The notes beneath the pieces are model-generated. The model did not search any database. It saw nothing but the letters and a program-made list of their open reading frames with translations, and was not told where the DNA came from. Of a stretch of 64,000 nucleotides of DNA, positions 21,201 to 27,700 are shown in pieces (position 1 is the stretch's first letter; each line of letters begins with the position of its first letter). A program made the position numbers and the translations under genes. Location of the stretch: IMG/VR virus record IMGVR_UViG_3300031784_000013, positions 1 through 64,000 of that record; one strand, 5' to 3'. This DNA is from a virus.

Positions 21201-21992
21201 TACGATTCCTCTCTCAGCACCCATCAAAGCTCTACCAGCAGCCATTCTACTGGATGCTCCTAGTTTAGTTAGTGCATTATTTATTGTAGAAAGTCTTTGT
21301 ATTTGTGGAAGAGCATTAGCAGAACCAACAGCAGTGTCAGCAGCAGCAGCCATGTTTCTTCCTTGGGCTACTAATCTACTTGTTAAACCAATAGCTCTGA
21401 AAGCACCAGACCAAGCAAAACCACTGGCAAGTGCACCTGCCGCAAAGCCAAGATTTTTGATGATGTTGTCAGCTAAGAAGTTAGCTGTTAAAAGATTTTC
21501 TGGTTCCCACCAATCACCATTTTGCTCTCTTTGTGTTTTGTAATTAGCAAAAGTTGTTTCTAAATATTCGTTATTGAAATCATTTAATTGTCTGGTAAGA
21601 TCGTTGTCAAACACTGAAGAAAACTTTCCAGTTTTTGCCCAATCATAAATACCATAAAGCAAACCAGCTGTACCATTTACAAATGTAGTTGCACCAATGC
21701 CAACAAACTTAGCAACACCATTGCCAAGTTTCTCAGCGGTTCCCTGGTATGTAGCATATAGATCTTCATTATCCATTCCTGGATAAACTTTATCATATCT
21801 ACCAGAAGAATCAAGTCCAGCAGCTGGGGTGTATGTAAATGTACTATTGCCCTGCCCTAGCTTTGGAGCACCTTGATTCATTAATGTATTGAATGTATCA
21901 ATAATCGATCTTTGATTCTCAGAAGGTGCTTGTGCTGAAGGGTTTTGATTTGGTGAACTATTTTGTCCCAATACTGCTAATTCTTCTTCCAT
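9246..21992 (-). CDS. Virion-packaged crAss-type RNA polymerase (4248 aa) fused to N-terminal membrane-helix, coiled-coil and zincin-like regions
   Basis: Catalytic GSDFDIDKL (~12010-12023) preceded by AFRIPTQ, plus TDGSGII and SGRKVG motifs. DFDID is the crAss-like vRNAP signature. Gly/Ala-rich hydrophobic helices near the N-terminus; HEVFE...EQLAEEF zincin-like segment. Confidence 0.93.
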   Translation of the reverse strand: MEEELAVLGQNSSPNQNPSAQAPSENQRSIIDTFNTLMNQGAPKLGQGNSTFTYTPAAGLDSSGRYDKVYPGMDNEDLYATYQGTAEKLGNGVAKFVGIGATTFVNGTAGLLYGIYDWAKTGKFSSVFDNDLTRQLNDFNNEYLETTFANYKTQREQNGDWWEPENLLTANFLADNIIKNLGFAAGALASGFAWSGAFRAIGLTSRLVAQGRNMAAAADTAVGSANALPQIQRLSTINNALTKLGASSRMAAGRALMGAERGIVATFGAAGEAGIEALNASQEFRQSLIDKYIAEKGYTPQGDDLANINNLAESAGKTVYGLNIGLLSASNFVQLPKIFSSTFKGEKNIVNNIAFREGKYVSSIPQKGIARSLYKARSFGGLLFNTTEALEEASQYAAQVGTENYFSKLDETGEASILDDLFFNGAKEAFTSDEGLLNFFIGGVSGAIMTSGIPTFGMTGAIKERGLFGDGGQQKTIRDEAIGIFNNSLIKDKLKDSAKVINASEKIQQERAQKIAEGDVSAAKDLEFDFLFGTVLNRAKYTSTEFINQELEELRALTTTPEGFLQLQQEGYAYETDTKESFLNRLNNIENQSKYIDKAYQDISLKYKGIVDEKGERVYSDPVIDKLTYAASKIFDYDIRIPSLNNKLITAGVNTADLFNDVLLNGTPTNEAVEKALTEITSKGSVNEDELTQDLFELVEMGMKRKKFIDEYKEIKENPSNFTPAEKKPDTVIPEEKLGQRIRIKTKAGEKTYEVGEEYFLGRVVEYDADGKEIYRFPKLTIVGQNADGTIRIRDNKGERDINPEVLQDYRLGKVSNIANNPEAAFYMKNANTIVEWNMGKDKGGIKKGRLEFDSDTNKLMFTYVTKSKKGKRVTKSMPIDLKSFEAKPGFDKAMFSLGRKLTTEEQADIQKSKEAAATQPPSEMYSQLINDFNNEVVEKQAELEKTIKQKKADILTIEEELEKLNKVIEKGGVDARVKKTVRLKSSVRKALDAAMRLSRAKEDLLQEVSDLEAQREEGEAMLAYLQDALQNITELSGNEKSIIDQLEFETELLKESIEETGKQINSLTRLADQIEAAIDSTIDFLRSLIDQFEINYPKVPRILGAEFNEFLKLNPNFLKVKPNYVSDLRELDSFIAETEDMEIAANEEKLNKVLDEVKSLKETLVADANELRFKEELIAKMKKAYKEQQANIREQEKLAKSDALKKQILGTADNDNPTAPVFDREFEVDAKKPVAILPRATLATNRAKPHQKRAQRFGMNFQSFDNDKKKKIKGVYITSKNQDQLIPGLMDFLRTDENGVNETVDPNTIIAMVMVDMSTGEPVLVGENGETLTEEQLQDPLNNSIYQVFPLETLKWSGEYGDKSMFANNVPENVRSEVTKQYAEWRSRILKVEDLSEVHSIDVSFGIAEVNKDTEGKKLYDTRTGVEEAGLVTEYDIDNSPIITVATSDESIIRGISVTKSSPGRVFLDMGNGLVPLNNRQHTQKEAETIFNAILQFSKNAFDKTKGVNDDQSKRLISYLKSVVYWGIPSNEAGLKPPGYSSVFFKDGKLFMSGRGESFPFTPSGLLQNKDSIIAVLSGMYHNVNGKFARELQEYEQITNISEDGTIESVMWPTYQSYLLSTTTPDGKKRSGEQLPLSTYMRPLEGPNDVNRSGIYFYTTDTVDDYIIPESKKETKLTPAPTAAPAEAEAEVDFILDGETPNELRSKKTGKVIVFAAPSENPTLENIKIFKSNDLESVMKDFESRGEDPKVAIKEMVLKIVKRAIESEQSPKSSRAAETRAKLFGKKPLTPAAPATEESKEPSKAEKTKSRLFEKQPAADNIEDEANKLSEEIDRTTKSTKRSNRAEFRKAVENQAKSNMTEDWNEIEAFWKKAIPGVPVYRLKNIIQATNGVQAWGMLKNGAIYVYENAEVGTFYHEVFEAVWKMFADPAEQQSVINEFKSRTGSFIDRPTGETVKYSEATPQQIKEQLAEEFREYVLFKKVPAKPKDGRPFIVKLFSDIVNIIKKFFTGKDANINTEELFKKIGNGYYAKSIPSMGVLQDVPSQIVDIEDAFATEEDELRAITVPYKEQHDIIQQMAYKTLSLLGTTDQSLFNVTNLNRSELSDILFEEIIGEIDDDGVFVKSGIITELISANKDNWKEGKISNAEFVALNKSLIQTRDKVINEWDDIFNKYEEYMKQYQIEFDENDQIILNDEDKTREINQDATKIDAFRKANPAIKLLLATLPRTTGRKNPDGSYETVVTSVGGNELLPLGQTFVTVLNKLYASRDVNEMMENLKKLAEEDSNYARLYKRIAKKEWDEGNFEFKKLTTPHSLQLLSSFFSTFKKQNPEVKNVFILENGDVVVGDANLAKASSQIANDFENGIIMSARDGKGYLEYSKEQLAYVAKDSINKLKFDSSNIADNDNAMLKFLGDIGVEFTKEDFKKLEPDDKIKFREIVKGIRDSFVQKKVLMTLSKKTISVQGRLTKLALLKVKASNPEIDITYFNISNERTQSRIGVNPLSDLQDFIAKTENLNDNSVKESHYKYLVMDPFAKGSVILNKLFSKGGRKVKEDNPNFDLLTVGYVGGTKDDTTGKQKPSAKLNYVQRIVQEINLNLEGFYLNLVPGDASIEWMVKMGNHVSSKNMSMGYGKVMEIFKEYFKSEYELAKSPDRFVDPSRASEKNNLRFFYDILGKELNDEIIAFKETDAEAVYKKFAGRIETAVKKYVESRTDSFRSTLSTYNILEYDGASYSLRNVKTSEEGEMYTLSKSMNEQTLNNNLRALTVNYMIANIELHKLMYSDPYQYKDELKRIKSFSSPRQAIMSDPDSLTVGFNINAAMHNVLNAGFEKGDAGYTDLNRNYFRTVTHADVIGVVDVPGQDYDEFKETDGSGIISMKANRNLRFRAGQWTDNDELQYRHDVAYEELVKSGADQETINEFEKNNPGVQSAYTPVKPIVAGTTDNDQGYNEVVLDKFALYPLSFRIMHKINPTSNAMKLYDKMQREDIDYIVFNSGRKVGARNPHSTYNADGSFNDAPYLVEGDDRNVINIPFKIMAIQAEVPSKDKALVTRGSQMTKLLTMDFMAAGVPVDFMPNEKNFNDRYKAWNALDEAGKEQSKLYKEIKNNKELLQEMTKFGYESLLRRLGIERVDDGYKITDFSVAATTLRDEMLKREVNDNVIESLNSFLKGETILEATPAYQQVRNILYSIVDSEVVSPKISGGMKVQIPSTLLESNKIGVQEINGKKGFVSDTLNFYEKDGERVAEVMIGRWFDSPLSDEELMDYFNNDPEGKKQIAALFGVAFRIPTQNQNSIDAIKIAKFLPKEFRDSVVIPSALVAKVGSDFDIDKLSMYLKNVYKDAKGNIKLVPFEGYGQQAIDKFKALSREITEEKIAIKEEKVLKQGQAQRIFGDIALGLSSDKLAKKWIPIFRQWFANDLVDGKLPVQLIEQVFINRIEELNKNINELTTKDLDDLFIEEHANRLYKSSLENAYIESSENLIKSDENYDKLMTPNSAQQLKDLADIIAKKTVGQSYDYKNVGNMLDRNFMSSLRHAFVTGKYAIGIAAVNQTNHSLMQRFASFVDPARLDNVSPVDRKWLGDAKVKFQEFNQFDGKATMSMIKNAERSEKYPNGQFISDIIGQFIDGYVDISNGPWIMQLGATPNVASTWLFLAKIGVPIDTITYFMNQPIVRDYLRTVENAGYSWLFIDDFVDLVSQDYESGKDASSRNKIPNTKSLKDMVGKKASELSADQKTDQQFILGEFLKYAKMAEHMFLVTQGTNYDTSNFNDPYLLYKKHEQLVKARQTIISSVDEILDNSFIGTTAETLNETRDAVAEILASDRSKVRNVIEKVIKPYVNLSDRDFVKVAQRAVADLFDYAVQTNTMFRNQVFNTMISEGGYANDIVKMVREIKADPKHPMYNNHVVNTIVPQLAPEASPNSANNIKIKGATNKIYDQNSIIYSFRELKEYLEGTNQLFMYKKFEMLALYQSGLSVNRLSFTSLLPHEDFKNIYNDTIQKLEGLPNLETFATLNVFERNNWANDEIVPYEKARWINLNHPTKKPKYNPAMEYFKPKIKNAIKNGDIPPLMSRSVLGRNSDRDFFVYSWEDNITKEKKAEMRKRGDFSYIKRGFFRRVKDVDGQAFVHLSNNKEYYIYQAVNAWGARERAQEFYDVEKASLIDNGFIKVVNSNSVVNGERVKTSAPREDSVIVNLFTGKDATAAKAKTQASKEGEMKLKNGKTYPYSKINSRMLEVIGYTPEEIGKILKSIC

Positions 21993-24697
21993 TAATTTAC
22001 TTGTCTATTGAAAATCAATTGAACATTTTGACTATTGAATCCTTGCGCACTTCGCTCAAGTGTTGGATCTGGTGAACCATTACTCAATGTGATATTAAAT
22101 GGTATATCTCTAACCCATTGTTGATCTACTAAATTACCACTATTTTTATCAATAAGGTAGAGTTTCATGAAAGATAAGTTTGGATTAGCTAAATCTCTTT
22201 CTAAATCTCCACGAAGTGCATACGTTGAACTTTGGAAGTTGGAGAAATCATTTGGTGAAAAATACGTGGTCATATAATCTCCAGAAGAATTCAAATTTGT
22301 TGTTCCCTTGTTCATTAATAATGATGGAGCACCTGTGAATGAAGAAGCTTTTGGAGGATCAGTTAAAGTTAAATATCTAAACTCTTGTTCATTTATTAGA
22401 ATAGGAGTTGGTGCTTGTCCAGACTCAGGAGTAATATTCAAGTAATATCTATCTGGTACACCACCGCTTCCTGGTAAAGCAATTGCATTCCCTGCAAATT
22501 TTCCAGAAAGTACTGCACTAGAAAGTGCTTCTACTTCATCTGGAGCAACTGATCTGTAGTTTTCTAAAACTTTAGAAAACTTAGCATTATATTCACCTTC
22601 TTTCAAGTCTCCTTGTGGTATATCAAATGAAGAAGGTTGTGCAACCATTCCATTTTCTTGCATCACTTCAGCTAATATTTCAGCGTAGTCTGCAACCTCT
22701 GAGTCTCTTATACCATCTGATATATTTGTTAGTATTGGTGAAGCAGTAGCAATTGGTAAATCAAAACTTCGAGCAGGATAAAGTAATTGTTCTATCTGAT
22801 TCATTTTCTCAGCACCATACTTGGCATTAAGCTTCATTCTTGCTTGACTACTAAGTTTTGATTGCTGTGTATCTACAGACATAGGCCCAAAGAAGTTAAA
22901 TCTTTCTGGACGAAGGTTCACAAGATCCAATTGATCTTCTGGTGATAAAGTGACTGACTCTCCTGTCATTAATTTTATAGAAACAGGCTTAACACCCTTC
23001 AAAGCTTTCTCATAAGCTTTGGTATCAATCCCTCTTGAAATTGCAATCTGATCTGCTTTATCTCTTGCAGACTTCATTTCTGATTGGAGAACACTCAATG
23101 TTTTAAGTGAATTACTTTGTCCTTCGATCAATAGTTTTGCAGTTGGAGGAACACTAGTTGGATCTGTTCTCCATTTTTCAAGTTGACCCACTGCAAGTTT
23201 TTCAACTGCCAAATTAACATTTCCAGAATTTGGATCTACAACTTTAGCAATCTCTTGAAGTTTAACAGCTATTCTTCTTTCGTACTCAGCAGGAGTTTCT
23301 GAAGCAGATTTAGGATTTGAAGCCTTCAGTGATTGAATAGCAATTTCTTTATTGAATGAATTATAGTTAGAAAGCGTTTGTTCATATTCTGAGTTTTTGC
23401 TTGCAACTATTTCAGCAGGAGTTGCCAACTCTGTAATACCTTGTGGTAGTCCAGGCGTACCAGATCCAAAACCACCAAGTAATTCTCTTCTCTTTTTTTC
23501 TATATCAAGTTTCTTCTCTTGTTCAAAAAGCTCAAACTCTTTTCCTTTATAGTAAGCATTGAGTTGCGCTGTTCTTTCATTTAGTAAATAGTTTTTCTTA
23601 TCCATTGCAACTTCGAACAATGGGTGCACAGAATATTTTGTAGAAGGCTCTTCACTTGACAAAACCCTAGACATTGATGATAAATAGTCATTTGTATAAA
23701 GCATTGCTTTTACAGATTCTGGGTTAGTTGCAAGTTTTTGAAGTCCACTTTTTTGAGACTCTTCTAATTTCTTATTCTCTGTTTGAAAATATTCAATTTG
23801 TTTACTTAAAGATTCAATAAGCTCTGGATTCTTTTTTGCTTTATTATTCTCGTCCGTCAATGCAATTTTCAACAACTCAACCTTACCATTATTAAATTCT
23901 ATTTTTTCAGTTAGTGGAGCTGTAATCTTTTCTTGAAGTTCTTCAGGTGTAGAGTTCAAATACTTATATCTACCTTCAATAGAAAGTTGTTCGTAATCTT
24001 CTGGAGTGAGTGCATTTTGAAAAGCAGTAAGAAGTTTTGCTGGATCTTTTCCCTTCAAAGTCCTCTGAACCAACACTTCATCAAAAAGAGGTTGTCCATT
24101 TTTGTCACGAAGTATCTCTCCTGTAGCAGCATCTTTTTGAAAGAAATTATCTATTTCTTTAGTATCGATACCAACTTCTTTTCCTATATCCTTAATCTTA
24201 TCCCACACATTATGGGGAGTTTTATAATAGCCAGTGTACTTAGCTCCAGCTTCAGGATTATTAAACCATTCCTGCTCTGATACATTGAACATTGTTGTGT
24301 TTGCAGGATTGTATTTTCCAGCTTCTGTATCTTTCTGAATCCTTTCTTGGAGAGCCTTTCTCTGTGCTGTTGATTGAACAGATGCAATAACGGTTGGATC
24401 TTTGGCAATACTACTTGCCATACCTGCTACGGAGTTTACCAACTGATAGTTAGAGAAGTCACCAGCAGCAACAGTTTTTAACTTTGTACCAAGTTCATTA
24501 AGCTTTGACTGTAGATACTCTCTATCTTGAGGTCTGGATATAGCCAATCCTGCAACTTGATCTATCTGTGACTGAATTTTTTGTATTCCCTGGTCGTAGC
24601 GTTGTTGCTTCTCCATACCAACTTGAACCATAGCATCAACAGGAAGCTGTTGGATATATGGGTTAAATTGTGGTATTGCATCTGTGAATGAAGCCAT
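21992..24697 (-). CDS. Virion cargo/ejection protein (901 aa)
   Basis: Long helical Cys-free ORF, translationally coupled (TAATG) to the vRNAP gene; syntenic with crAss-like cargo genes. Confidence 0.7.
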   Translation of the reverse strand: MASFTDAIPQFNPYIQQLPVDAMVQVGMEKQQRYDQGIQKIQSQIDQVAGLAISRPQDREYLQSKLNELGTKLKTVAAGDFSNYQLVNSVAGMASSIAKDPTVIASVQSTAQRKALQERIQKDTEAGKYNPANTTMFNVSEQEWFNNPEAGAKYTGYYKTPHNVWDKIKDIGKEVGIDTKEIDNFFQKDAATGEILRDKNGQPLFDEVLVQRTLKGKDPAKLLTAFQNALTPEDYEQLSIEGRYKYLNSTPEELQEKITAPLTEKIEFNNGKVELLKIALTDENNKAKKNPELIESLSKQIEYFQTENKKLEESQKSGLQKLATNPESVKAMLYTNDYLSSMSRVLSSEEPSTKYSVHPLFEVAMDKKNYLLNERTAQLNAYYKGKEFELFEQEKKLDIEKKRRELLGGFGSGTPGLPQGITELATPAEIVASKNSEYEQTLSNYNSFNKEIAIQSLKASNPKSASETPAEYERRIAVKLQEIAKVVDPNSGNVNLAVEKLAVGQLEKWRTDPTSVPPTAKLLIEGQSNSLKTLSVLQSEMKSARDKADQIAISRGIDTKAYEKALKGVKPVSIKLMTGESVTLSPEDQLDLVNLRPERFNFFGPMSVDTQQSKLSSQARMKLNAKYGAEKMNQIEQLLYPARSFDLPIATASPILTNISDGIRDSEVADYAEILAEVMQENGMVAQPSSFDIPQGDLKEGEYNAKFSKVLENYRSVAPDEVEALSSAVLSGKFAGNAIALPGSGGVPDRYYLNITPESGQAPTPILINEQEFRYLTLTDPPKASSFTGAPSLLMNKGTTNLNSSGDYMTTYFSPNDFSNFQSSTYALRGDLERDLANPNLSFMKLYLIDKNSGNLVDQQWVRDIPFNITLSNGSPDPTLERSAQGFNSQNVQLIFNRQVN

Positions 24698-24712
24698 TGT
24701 ATATTATTTTAT

Positions 24713-24720
24713 CAAATTTA
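24713..24720 (-). promoter_or_regulatory. Candidate Bacteroidota -7 promoter element (TAAATTTG) upstream of the 901-aa/vRNAP genes
   Basis: Exact TAnnTTTG match in the 28-bp gap, 15 nt before the ATG. Confidence 0.45.
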
Positions 24721-24725
24721 ACAAA

Positions 24726-27700
24726 TTACTTGGTTGCCCTTACAATGCCACCGTTTCTAATTGTGGTTGTATTGGTTGTTGTAGAACTAGCTCCTGTTGC
24801 TTTAGCAGATGCTAAAGCTAGTTTTTCAGATAGAGCTTTCTGTTCCGCAGGAGTTAGATCATTCATCATGGTATCAAACATTGCAAGAGTATTCATGTTG
24901 TTCGCTCTGAAACGCGGATCAAATCTATAGTTATAAAGATTCTCGTATGTCTGAAGAGTTCTATTCTCTAACTGATTCTGCATGTATTTAGAAGCAATAG
25001 AGCTAAGAGCAGCTTGTGATGTAGCCTTTGTATTAGAAAGAGCTTCTTGTTGTCTGCTGTATTGCTGATCAAAAGCCTGTAGATTGTTAAGGTTAGCCTG
25101 ATTTAGAAGATCTCTATTCTCAGCATACACTTTATCTTTCATAACTTGATTCAACTTGAATTGCTCACCAAGCACTTTTTGATTAGCTGCATACTTCTCA
25201 GCATTCAAAGCTGCTAGAGCAGCTGGATTGTAGCCCACCATTCTTTGAGTAGCTCTGTAATCAGCTTCATTCTCATTAATAATCTCTTGTAGAGAAATAT
25301 CAAAAGGAACGTTTAGTTGTGGTTGGATAGTCTGCACTTGTACAGGCTCAACTTGATTTGTTGCAAGAGCAAGCATTTCACCAGCCAATTGACGTGGGTC
25401 AAGAGGTTGTGCATTACTAGGTCTTAGATAAGGAATAATCTGATTAGCAAGTGTCATCCAGTCAATCTTACCTTCTTCACTTTCTGTCTGTTGATCAGCA
25501 CCAGGTCTATAGAAAGGACTGTAGAATGGTCTAATTTCTGGAAGCTTACCTAACGTTGGTTGCCAGCTAGACATCTGTGCCAATGTTTGACGAGGCTTTT
25601 TAATACCAGCATCTATAACGCTTTGAGGAACTTTAACTGGACCAAATGGATCTCTTTTAGGAACTATAGGTAATGCGTTAACAGTTACTTGTGGAAGATT
25701 TGTTGTACCAGTTTGAGCTTTTTCAATATCTACAAATCCTCCATTTTTTAATTCATTTGTACCTCGCATTTCAACAGATCTTTTTAAACCAAGACGGTCT
25801 GAAACTTTTGCATTCTTTAAATAATCGTCTATAAGTGCGCTATGCCCACCTTTCGAAACACCAAATGTTGGAAAGACCACTGGCTGATATTGGTTAGAAG
25901 ATTTTGAAGGATAGATTGGTTTAGGTAAAGATTTACCACTAACTTTTTCAAGATCTTTCAAATATCCAGCAAGCTCAGATTGTAATAACTGAGGATTATT
26001 CATCTGATCAGCAAATCCCATTTTATTAGAATTTTCGTAACCAAGAAATCTTAATTTTGAGTTAGGATCATTCTTCAATAGACTAGACATTGTTCTAAGT
26101 GACAGTGGATAACTATCACCAGATAAGCTACTTGCTGGATAAAATAGTCCAGTATTTTTTTGGTCAACATGTTGTAAAGCTTGTTTAAGCATACCTGAAA
26201 CATTATTTCTATCTGCAAATAAACTAGGTAGTAGCTCTGTAGAATACATACCTGGCTCATATTGTGCAAGAACTGGAGAATTACGAAGTCTTGCACCAGC
26301 GTACATGTCTACTATCTTATCACCAACATTTTTATAGAATGGATACGAGTAAAATTGATCTTCCATTTGACCTCTCATATCCTTATATATCATACCATCT
26401 TTTTGATAAAGTGTAGAGTAAGCATCAGGTTTTCTCGTTACACTACCGTCTACAGGATCTATTGCAATAACGTCTCTATCTATTGGTCTTTCATAAGGTG
26501 AGAAATAAGATGATTTACTTGGAGGATTATATATATCATCTCGAACTTGATTAAGTGTACGTTCACTATTAAGTTCATAATTCCATGATGTGTCATCAAA
26601 GCCAGCGGTTCTATTAGCATACTGAGCTGCTAAGTCTGGATTACCTTCTAATACTTTTACAGTTTGTGCATCAATTCCTACGTCTTTAAGTTTTTGTATA
26701 AACTCATCATGCTTATAGCCTGATAGATCAGTTAGTTTTCTACCTATATCATTTAGTGTAGTCATGTAACTTTGTGATACACCTGCTGATTGAATCTCTT
26801 TAGCCTTTGCAAGTAGTTTATTGTATTCATCAGAATATTTAGCAAGTTCAGCACTTGTAGCACCTCGTATGTTTGATTCTAAGTCCTTAACACTTCTACC
26901 AAAGTTTCTAACATCTGTAACTTTATCAACTCCTTGCATTACAGGTACATCTGCCATTGCAGCTTTTTCTAACTTCTTAACTTCGTTAACTATTCGCATA
27001 GCATCCTTAGTTTGATCAGCTATATTTGACAAGCTTATCATGTGAGGAGCAACAGCTTTCAAACCACCCATCACTGCTTGCTTACCTGGTTGTATAAGAG
27101 GTGCAGCCATCATAGAACCTATTCCAACTGCATCTAATGTGTTGAATGCCCCTTGTAAGTTTTGCTGATCAAATAATTGTTCCCCTGTTATAGGATTCAT
27201 TCCGCCAAGTGCTCCATACATAGCTGGTCCTGTAATTGGGGCAAGTGGATTTGCATAACCTGGTGCCATTAAACCAAGATCCAATAAAGTTTTTCCTGTA
27301 CCTGTTAAGTTTTGAAGAGGATCTTCTGCAAATCTAATAGTGCCTGGAACACCAGTTGCTTCATATCCAAACTTCTCAACATCTTTAACTAAACTAGATA
27401 TGTCTTTAGCAGTTTGTCCTCTCTTACCAGTGGTGGCAAGTGCTCTAGTGGCTCTTCCTATTGGACCTTTATCATTGATGTATTTTTTCTGTTCGTTAGA
27501 AAGAGATTGATAGAATGGGAATTGTTCATCGTAAGGAGTTACAGTGACTTCAGGAAGTAATGAACCTTCATACATCTTACCTTCTTCTGTAACACCTGTT
27601 TGAGCCTTCTTAATAGAAGCACCTTTCTTGGCTTGTTTAATCTTACCCTTTGCCAAAGCATCAGCCTCAAAACCATACTCTTCAGCTGTGTCATTAATAG

